Source: Methanosarcina sp. UBA5
Lineage (GTDB): Archaea > Halobacteriota > Methanosarcinia > Methanosarcinales > Methanosarcinaceae
Direction of reading: 5' to 3'
NCBI RefSeq assembly: GCF_002505485.1
Contig: NZ_DAVG01000099.1
Coordinates: 7,561 to 71,560 of the forward strand
DNA length: 64,000 nucleotides
Shown here: piece by piece, positions 20,942 to 28,223 of the stretch
How positions within the stretch are numbered: the stretch's first letter is position 1
Layout of the letters: each line of letters opens with the position of its first letter
Position numbers and translations under genes: made by a program
The notes under the pieces: model-generated
The model's input: the letters and a program-made list of their open reading frames with translations, nothing else
The model's database searches: none
What the model was told of the DNA's origin: nothing

Positions 20942-21076
20942 TTATTTTTCTTTCTTGCCCGGCTTGGATGGTTTTACATCCTTCTTTGACGGCTTATCGG
21001 CTGAAGCCTTTGCCTGCGGTTTTCCACCAGACGTACTAGCTTTTGAACTGTCGCCCATTGTAGGTTTTTTTGTCAT
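20942..21076 (-). CDS. possible 44-aa Lys-rich small protein (MTKKPTMGDSSKASTSGGKPQAKASADKPSKKDVKPSKPGKKEK)
   Basis: Manual translation; below the ORF-track size cut-off. No homology recognised. Confidence 0.3.
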   Translation of the reverse strand: MTKKPTMGDSSKASTSGGKPQAKASADKPSKKDVKPSKPGKKEK

Positions 21077-21373
21077 ATAGAAACCTCTCTATCTTAGTAT
21101 TTTATATGAGTAGTTAATTATTTAGTCTTAAAGTTATAAATAAGTTTCCAGCCCAAATAATTGTTTATTTATAAGACTTACGCGGCTGAACTGAGAAATC
21201 AATGGCATTAAATCCCAACTGTATAAACCACTGAACGAATTGTAACTCCGAATGTGCTTGATTGTATACTTCATGAAAAAAGTCGATGTTGAGAACTCTC
21301 TTGGTCAGGAGTTACGATGATGACTGTGTTTGATTTTGTACTATTTGTATATAATTCCTATACTTGCAAACAT

Positions 21374-24300
21374 TTAAGGTAAATTTGGAAATGTCCTGTG
21401 ATAAGGCTCATCACCCATATACTTTTTCCATTCCTCTGGTGTAAGATTCCGGGTTAAACGACTGCTAGCTTCATTTATAAGATTATCTATATTAAATATC
21501 CACAACCTTGCTTTATAGTCAGCACTCGCCGTTGCCATATATTTTCCATCAGGACTGAAAACAACATCATTTACCGGACCATTATGGTTCAGAACAGTAA
21601 TTTGTTTACCTTTAGATGTATCCCATACATGTGATGTACTGTCATTGCTTGCCGTTGCTACATATTTTCCATCAGGACTGAATACAACACTATATACTGG
21701 ACCATCATGGTTCAAAACAAAATATTTTTCACCTGTTGATACATTCCATAGACTTGCTGTGTTGTCCCAACTCGCCGTTGCGATGAATTTTCCATCAGGA
21801 CTGAAAACAACTTTAACCACCCTATCATAATGTCTTAGAACAGTAATTTGTTCACCCGTAGAAACATTCCATAAACGTGCTGTCTTGTCACGACTCGCCG
21901 TTGCGATGTATTTTCCATCAGGACTGAAAACAACTTTAACCACCCTATCATAATGTTTGAAAGGAACCAAAATTTGTTCACCTGTAAATGCATTCCACAA
22001 ACGTGCTGTTTTGTCAGAACTCGCCGTTGCGATGTATTTTCCATCAGGACTAAAAACAACATCATTTACCGAACCATTATGGTTCAGAACCAAAATTTGT
22101 TCACCTGTAGATGCATTCCATAAACGTGCTGTTTTGTCAGAACTCACCGTTGCAATATATTTTCCATCAGGGCTGAACACAACATTGTTTACCGGACCCT
22201 CATGGTTCAGAACAAAGATTTCTTTACCTGTAGAAACATTCCATACGTGACCCGTAGATGCATTCCACACGCGTGATGTATTGTCCCAACTCGCCGTTGC
22301 CATATATTTTCCATCAGGACTGAAAACAACATTACTCACTAAACCATTATGTTTGAGAGGAGCCAATATTTGTTCACCCGTAGATGCATCCCATAAACGT
22401 GATGTACTGTCATTGCTCGCTGTAGCGACGTATTTTCCATCAGGACTAAAAACAATTTTAAATACCTTATTATCATGGTTCAGAATATCATATTCTGTAG
22501 ATGCATCCCATAAACGTGATGTACTGTCATTGCTCGCTGTAGCGACGTATTCTCCATCAGGACTGAAAACAACGTTATTCACCACATCACCATGGTTCAG
22601 AACAAAGATTTGTTTACCTGTAGCTACATTCCATACTTGTGATGTACTGTCAGAACTCGCTGTTGCGATGTATTTTCCATCAGGGCTGAACGCAACATTG
22701 TTTACCGGACCCTCATGGTTCAGAACAGAAATTTCTTTACCTGTAGATGCATTCCATAAACATGCTGTGTTGTCATTGCTCGCCGTTGCGATATATTTTC
22801 CATCAGGGCTGAACGCAACGTTGTTTACCGAACCTTCATGGTTCAGAACAAAGATTTGTTTACCTGTAGATGCATTCCATAAACGTGCTGCTTTGCCATT
22901 GCTCGCCGTTGCGACGTATTTTCCATCAGGACTGAACATAACATTATTCACCCCGTCACCATGGTTCAGAACCACAACGCTATGAGGTATGAGTAATAAT
23001 CCCTGACGTATTAACCGATCAGCACCCAACATTAACTGATCAGCATCCAATGTCCTACTAATTCTGAATGATTCAATAGCAAGAAGGACACTTTTATCTA
23101 GATTTCTAGGATCTCCTTGTAGAAGGCTGGATTTTAAATTTAACTCATCTGAAACATGAGCTTCTCTCATCTCTGTCTCTGCCAGATACCAGTGATAGGT
23201 TGCAAATCCAGCTATAATTAAAATTATGAAGAAAGCTGCACCCATTTTCTTATTGCGGCTTCTGCTCAATTCTTTCTCTGCCTGTTCTTCCTTTGCCCGT
23301 TTCTTCTCTGCCAGTTCATCATTAAAAACCTTGTTAGAAAATAGTATCGGTTTGATAAACCTGTCGTGTGTCAGTTCATACCAGCGCGCACCTGCCCGCC
23401 ACTCTGCTCTAATAAGGTGCATGCTTTCAAGCACATCAATAGCTGCATTAGGAATCCCGCCAGTGAAATCGTGAGCCCGATACACCATCCCTCGCGTCCC
23501 CATTGTTGTTATCATCACTTCACCGCACAATCTGCGCAGACCCTCCTCATCAATGTGTGCCTTCTCTGCCGCTGCCCTTATAGCCTCTTCGTAAAATCTG
23601 TAAAGTTCCTGTTCTACATTACCATAGGTTTTCAGGTGCTGAAACGTTATTTGCCTTACATCTGGTGGTAACTCCCTCCAGAGGTTCTGGCATACTACCT
23701 GAAGTTGCACAGCTTCTATGAACTCTCCTTTTACCTCAGCGGTCTTGCCGGGCATTGTTTCAACTCGAATTGTTAGCAACTCATCGACAAGTTTTTCTGC
23801 TACGCCCTCTTCAAAAGAACGACCAGTATATTTTAACGGTCCTTTGATTGCTAGCAGTGCAGCCTCGCGGCGCAGACTCTCTACGTGAAAACGCGTCCGC
23901 AATCTGTCGGGCAGAAGATCTGCATAGGGATCTAGCTGAGCTATGAAATCCTCCCGCATGACAAAAACAACCCTTAAGAGAGGATCTGCTTCCAGAACAG
24001 TGCTTACTTGCTCAAAGAATCCGTCCCTATCTTTCCAGCGGTCCTGATACAAAGAGAATATTTCCTCAAACTGATCGAAGATGACGACACGAGGTAAAGG
24101 CATACCCTCTTCATCCTGCATACGACTCTGCCCATTCAAAAAATCAACAAGTTTCATTCTAGCCAGGCACTTAATATTACACTCACCTTCAGCCCAGCTT
24201 GTTAGGGTATTAAAGACGTATATATTCGAGATCTCATCAGTTTTTATGTTATTCAAAGGTGTACCTTTAACTCGTGCTACTGGCAGAACTTCGAACTGGT

Positions 24301-24499
24301 TTTCTTTCAAGAGAGGAATAAGCCCTGCATTGAAAAGTGAAGTCTTACCTGCACCCGACTGGGCATAGACGAGAACCAGATTATGTGCAATGACCAGGGA
24401 CAGGAGATCTCGAGCTTCACGGTCTCTTCCAAAAAAAATGAATTTATCTTCCAGTTCAAAAGGTCGAGGACCCACATAAGCCTGGAATTCAGGTCCCAC
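21374..24499 (-). CDS. nSTAND-type P-loop NTPase, single TM helix, 12 WD40 repeats (predicted sensor/switch of a conflict system)
   Basis: N-terminus AYVGPRPFELEDKFIFFGRDRE, Walker A AQSGAGKTS (24338-24364), Walker B VVIFDQFEE (24062-24088) and WYELTHDRFI. TM segment MGAAFFIILIIAGFATYHWY (23186-23245). Twelve FSPDGKY(I/V)ATAS.D.T..LW repeats. GTG start preceded by gggagg. Confidence 0.9.
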   Translation of the reverse strand: MGPEFQAYVGPRPFELEDKFIFFGRDREARDLLSLVIAHNLVLVYAQSGAGKTSLFNAGLIPLLKENQFEVLPVARVKGTPLNNIKTDEISNIYVFNTLTSWAEGECNIKCLARMKLVDFLNGQSRMQDEEGMPLPRVVIFDQFEEIFSLYQDRWKDRDGFFEQVSTVLEADPLLRVVFVMREDFIAQLDPYADLLPDRLRTRFHVESLRREAALLAIKGPLKYTGRSFEEGVAEKLVDELLTIRVETMPGKTAEVKGEFIEAVQLQVVCQNLWRELPPDVRQITFQHLKTYGNVEQELYRFYEEAIRAAAEKAHIDEEGLRRLCGEVMITTMGTRGMVYRAHDFTGGIPNAAIDVLESMHLIRAEWRAGARWYELTHDRFIKPILFSNKVFNDELAEKKRAKEEQAEKELSRSRNKKMGAAFFIILIIAGFATYHWYLAETEMREAHVSDELNLKSSLLQGDPRNLDKSVLLAIESFRISRTLDADQLMLGADRLIRQGLLLIPHSVVVLNHGDGVNNVMFSPDGKYVATASNGKAARLWNASTGKQIFVLNHEGSVNNVAFSPDGKYIATASNDNTACLWNASTGKEISVLNHEGPVNNVAFSPDGKYIATASSDSTSQVWNVATGKQIFVLNHGDVVNNVVFSPDGEYVATASNDSTSRLWDASTEYDILNHDNKVFKIVFSPDGKYVATASNDSTSRLWDASTGEQILAPLKHNGLVSNVVFSPDGKYMATASWDNTSRVWNASTGHVWNVSTGKEIFVLNHEGPVNNVVFSPDGKYIATVSSDKTARLWNASTGEQILVLNHNGSVNDVVFSPDGKYIATASSDKTARLWNAFTGEQILVPFKHYDRVVKVVFSPDGKYIATASRDKTARLWNVSTGEQITVLRHYDRVVKVVFSPDGKFIATASWDNTASLWNVSTGEKYFVLNHDGPVYSVVFSPDGKYVATASNDSTSHVWDTSKGKQITVLNHNGPVNDVVFSPDGKYMATASADYKARLWIFNIDNLINEASSRLTRNLTPEEWKKYMGDEPYHRTFPNLP
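21494..22981 (-). repeat. 126-bp (42-codon) tandem repeat array encoding the WD40 blades
   Basis: Runs of identical DNA occur between units, for example the 42-nt ccatcaggactgaaaacaactttaaccaccctatcataatgt at both 21793-21834 and 21919-21960. Confidence 0.9.
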
Positions 24500-24560
24500 T
24501 ATTGAAAGCCTCCCATCGCGTTCTCAATTCTGCGGAAAATTGTTGGCATTACTAACACCC
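24497..24560 (-). other. scar of a deleted SIR2 module: SIR2-gene leader plus first codons joined to SIR2-domain last codons
   Basis: 24497-24541 is 39/45 identical to 25629-25673. 24539-24560 is 21/22 identical to 26507-26528. The blocks abut at a shared att. Confidence 0.8.
24499..24549 (-). other. 16-codon upstream ORF (MPTIFRRIENAMGGFQ*) whose TAG overlaps the NTPase GTG start
   Basis: The ATG is the complement of 24547-24549. The stop TAG (24499-24501) shares one nt with the GTG (24497-24499). Confidence 0.35.
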
Positions 24561-25005
24561 TTCACAAAGTTTAAAATTCAAACTATTTATCCAATTGGAT
24601 AATAAGCAACGTTAATTTCAAATTCAGATCGTAAATTTTCTCGAAATTTAGAATTTGGTATCGAATACAAGGATTTCTGTCATAAAGTACTGTTTTTTAG
24701 CTGTACTTTTATTGAAAATGAATGTAAATACGGAAATAGCGAAAGAAAGGGACTTTAGGGGAGAATCGCTTCTTTGCTGCACGATGCGGCCTTCAGGATC
24801 AACTTTCAGGAAAAAGTTCTAAATATTTCCTTTCCTTATCCATGAACAAGTTCATTCTCCCCTTCTTGAGATGGAGAAATAAGCTATCTTCTTACCCCCG
24901 GATGCCCCTGCCGAAACATCACCCTTAAACCCCCGGAGCTTATTTGAACCTAGAATTTAAACGCCACTCCCATCGTCTCAATCCTTATTTGTTGAACTGT
25001 GACAA

Positions 25006-26517
25006 TTATGACTGATCCTTCTTTATTAAAACCGGTGTTAGATGCTCTGGAATACCATGTAGTTGAATTTGTACACACCCAAATCTATATGCTTCTTCAA
25101 TGCTACGCCCTCCTCCTAATGCCTGGTAAAAACCAATAGCGAAGGCGATAGCAGCTTTATCGCCGATTGCTTGGTTCATGCCAATGACATATTTGATGTG
25201 TTTGGCGATGGCTTTTGCCTGAATCTCTGCGTAACAAGCGTTCAAAACTACACAATTCACCTGACCACTAAATTGTTCAAACAATGCAGCCAACGCATCA
25301 GGCTCGATTGGGTGATTTTTCCCTTCCAGATCCTCAAAGCATAACGCACCAGTAGGTGTGCCGTGACCAGAAAAATGGACAATATACGGCTGTATATCAA
25401 GCAAAGCTTGGGATATATCTGATGGGCGAACTGACAATTGTGGCAATAATGTAAAGCGGTCCCGAAATTTAGCCAATTTCAGTTTTTCTTGAATCTCTCG
25501 AAATTCTTCACCAAGCCGCAGGCGAGATTCATTAGTGGGATCGGCTGCTAAGAAGAGTATCGAAACCTTATCGGTTTTTTCTTTAATTAGGAAAGCTTGC
25601 CTATTTTCGGCATTTATTTTTGTGATATCACTCTTGAAAGCCTCCCATCGTGTTTTCAATTCCTCGGCAAATTCGCTGCAATCGTGCCAGTATACCTGGA
25701 TATGAAGATCCTTATCAAAATAGCGATCCAGATATTTCTGAGCTTTTTCTTCAAGGGTATCGGAAACATTCCCTGGCACGATCTGCACGGATATGTGCTT
25801 TCTATTCTCACTTCTTCCGATGTAGTCATCAAGAATCCTGCAAAGAACACGGAAATCCCAATCAGTTACCTTGTAGCCTATAAGAAGAAGAGATGTGCCT
25901 CCAAATGCTTCCTGAATACGCGGCGGAAGCAGGTTTTGATCCTTTGAAACGGCAACAAGGAAGTCCAGATAGTTGTCCTCTGTTAGAACCAGTGACTCTG
26001 GTCTTTTATACCATCCATGGAGGTGATATACTAAAGGTTTGTCCGGAGTGGGATCGAAGTCTGATGACGTTGGTTTGCGTTGCCTGAGTTCTTCATTCCA
26101 CAGACATATTTCCTGGGTTGGTGCTTTGCCACGGCTTTTAAGAGCTTGCACCATAAGGTCATCGTAAGTTGTGGTAATATAAACTGGCAGTGGGAGATAG
26201 GCTAATACTCCGTGAATTTCATTACGAGCTTCAAAATATGTTGGTGTGACTTCTTCTGACAGTTCAGTGATTCTATTACAAATCTCATCCCTTGGAAACA
26301 TCTCGTCTTGGGTCACAGCCACAAACTGAGCCACCCGTGTCAAGTCGTCCGAGTCTTCCATTGGGTAGTCGTACTCTTCTGCCCATTCATTTGCAATCTG
26401 GGAAATAACAGAAATCTTTTCAGAACAGGCCCCAGATCCAAGAAAAGGAGTACACTTTCCATACTTGATTCTCTTAAGAAGAATGTCCCAATCCTTCTCT
26501 TCCAGCATTGTTGGCAC
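25006..26517 (-). CDS. SIR2-like (SIR2_2) domain fused to a CHAT/caspase-like peptidase domain
   Basis: SIR2 motifs are PFLGSGAC, ITTTYDD, VYHLHG, LTEDNYLDF and LLLIGYKVTDWD. The CHAT part is ILFLAADP...VHFSGHG (His codon 25363-25365)...VVLNACY (Cys codon 25234-25236). Start is ambiguous: GTG 26526, GTG 26517 or ATG 26508. Confidence 0.9.
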   Translation of the reverse strand: MPTMLEEKDWDILLKRIKYGKCTPFLGSGACSEKISVISQIANEWAEEYDYPMEDSDDLTRVAQFVAVTQDEMFPRDEICNRITELSEEVTPTYFEARNEIHGVLAYLPLPVYITTTYDDLMVQALKSRGKAPTQEICLWNEELRQRKPTSSDFDPTPDKPLVYHLHGWYKRPESLVLTEDNYLDFLVAVSKDQNLLPPRIQEAFGGTSLLLIGYKVTDWDFRVLCRILDDYIGRSENRKHISVQIVPGNVSDTLEEKAQKYLDRYFDKDLHIQVYWHDCSEFAEELKTRWEAFKSDITKINAENRQAFLIKEKTDKVSILFLAADPTNESRLRLGEEFREIQEKLKLAKFRDRFTLLPQLSVRPSDISQALLDIQPYIVHFSGHGTPTGALCFEDLEGKNHPIEPDALAALFEQFSGQVNCVVLNACYAEIQAKAIAKHIKYVIGMNQAIGDKAAIAFAIGFYQALGGGRSIEEAYRFGCVQIQLHGIPEHLTPVLIKKDQS

Positions 26518-26665
26518 TACTAACACCCCCCAAGAAGTTAAATTCTCTTCTCAATTTTTCTCGTGTTTATTTTCCCCACTCACCTTTCTTTCCACTCACC
26601 TGCTGTCTTGAAAGCAAATTAAAAATCAGGACACAGAATGGAAATGTTTTCAACTCCACAATTTC

Positions 26666-26992
26666 TCAACTTTTCCAGGTCAAAGTCACGTTAAAATTAG
26701 CGCCCGTACCCGCTGCTATAAACATACCGGCTTTTAAATCCATTGAAATGCCAAAAGAAACTTTAACTTCTTCCGGTTGCTTACTGAGATCTTTTAACCG
26801 ATTCAATACAGTATTAGCAACAGGCTTTACAATACCAAGCGATTCTTCAAATGTCTGATTTGTGATATTTACTATCTCACGAGATGTAGATGAACGTGAA
26901 ACACGAGTTATTTCCCCTTCAACTTCAGCCTCTTCTGCTTCTATTAATACAGTACTACCATCTTCCAGAGTTAATTTTACAAGGCGTTTCAT
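26666..26992 (-). CDS. Trypco2-like (CU044_2847-family-like) small protein
   Basis: 108 aa. MKRLVKLTLEDGSTVLIEAEE...EEVKVSFGISMDLKAGMFIAAGTGANFNVTLTWKS matches the family pattern as I recall it (vpLedGg.vlVEv...evEfGvkls.eaGa.iaka..eanfkVtl.W). Confidence 0.75.
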   Translation of the reverse strand: MKRLVKLTLEDGSTVLIEAEEAEVEGEITRVSRSSTSREIVNITNQTFEESLGIVKPVANTVLNRLKDLSKQPEEVKVSFGISMDLKAGMFIAAGTGANFNVTLTWKS

Positions 26993-27281
26993 AAAAAATC
27001 ACAGTTCTAAATATTTATTATTAAAGTGGTATTTTTATTGAATAATAAAAGGATATTTACTAATATAGGGAAAATAAGTATTGAACTAATGAGAAAAAGA
27101 AGTCAGAAATACAGATAAAAGAATAGTTATATACAATCTCATGCGTCATCGGTTAAGGAATCTATTAATGTTAAAAAAATGACTACTGCAATCATCTATG
27201 CATATCGATTTCAATTTCTAGGTTTACAGAAGCGGCAACAAAAATAACGCATTTCGTATAGATTGTATCTTAACCAAATAC

Positions 27282-27551
27282 AAATCAAATTGCATGCGGC
27301 CACCCCACCCTAAAGGATGGGGTATGCTTCGGGCCGCCCGCCCGGTTTCTTGGGAAGAGTTTAGTATCTTTAACAAAGTTTCCCCAATATAGAGTTGCAT
27401 TCCCACTCTTGTAACCATGATACCAAGAAACCTCACTTTACAAAGAAGCAACGGTACAGAGGTTTAAACGAAACCAAAAAGAGGCGAGGGTTCACTTCAT
27501 CCCCGACATAAAGGACAGGATATTCGTGACCCTCTGCGCTCCCGATGTAAT
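27282..27551 (-). repeat. dispersed repeat, copy B (237-bp core plus 33-bp 3' extension with hairpin)
   Basis: The core 27315-27551 is 96 percent identical to the reverse complement of copy A. The extension forms gcggcc...accccatcc-ttta-gggtggggt-ggccgc and is shared with copy C. Confidence 0.9.
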
Positions 27552-27708
27552 GAAAAGATATCTATGCCAATAAACTCTAAATTCCAGTCCTTCTGACCCA
27601 CTAAGTGGAAAACTTACTGGCAATTCCAAAATAATTTATGTAATAATCACTATAAAAAGGATAAATCAGTTCAAGCTCTCTCAGCACAGGTTTTTTCTGC
27701 AAGAAATT

Positions 27709-28134
27709 CTATTTTTTATCCTTGAGCTTTCCCAGTACTCCGAAGAAATCAAATTTGTTTTCAGAAGTTTTGCCTTCATTTTTGTTCTTTTCCATTTCAA
27801 ATCTTCTATCTATAATATATTCTCCAATCGGATTGACAAAACCCAGCAGAATTCCTAGCCCTGTAAAAATATAGATCACAGTAAAAATTTTCCCCAAATC
27901 CGTTTTAGGGGCAAAGTCCCCATAACCCACAGTTGCCAGGGTGATAACCGAAAAATAGAAAGAGTCAAGCCATCTCCAACCTTCGACCCTATGGTAAAAG
28001 ACAGTGCCCCCTGCGAGAGTTATCAAAGTTAAATAAAGGAGGGACCTGAACTTAGGATCTTTAAGCAGCGTTTTTAGTGTCTTTAGAAACATAAAGAATG
28101 TATAAAGAAAAGGAATCATTATCTTTCCCTCCAA
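27709..28134 (-). CDS. two-TM potassium channel (pore-only, TVGYGD filter)
   Basis: FYFSVITLATVGYGDFAP selectivity filter between two TM helices. The internal ATG at 28119 is an alternative start. Confidence 0.85.
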   Translation of the reverse strand: MEGKIMIPFLYTFFMFLKTLKTLLKDPKFRSLLYLTLITLAGGTVFYHRVEGWRWLDSFYFSVITLATVGYGDFAPKTDLGKIFTVIYIFTGLGILLGFVNPIGEYIIDRRFEMEKNKNEGKTSENKFDFFGVLGKLKDKK

Positions 28135-28223
28135 ACGTATTTTTCTTCTGAGATTAAAACGAAATTTGTGAAAGCTGTAAATTCGGACTTACTGAGAGCT
28201 GATACCATTAACTAATACCGCTG

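Noticed and set aside
21645-22985. Plus-strand ORFs (61-234 aa, for example 22281-22985) with their own repeat structure (YFPSGLKTT...)
   Set aside because: They are antisense to the WD40 array. A 126-bp in-frame repeat keeps the opposite strand open by chance. There is no start context and no homology, whereas the minus-strand frame has clear WD40 signatures.
27224-27451. 75-aa ORF inside repeat B (and the 76-aa ORF at 8005-8235 near repeat A), considered as a degenerate hicA
   Set aside because: Differences between the copies are mostly non-synonymous. The ORF ends differ between copies, and the resemblance to HicA is too weak to defend.
27282-27551. Repeat A/B as a group II intron fragment
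   Set aside because: I could recognise no GUGYG-like 5' end, no domain V-like 34-nt helix with an AGC triad, and no intron-encoded protein.
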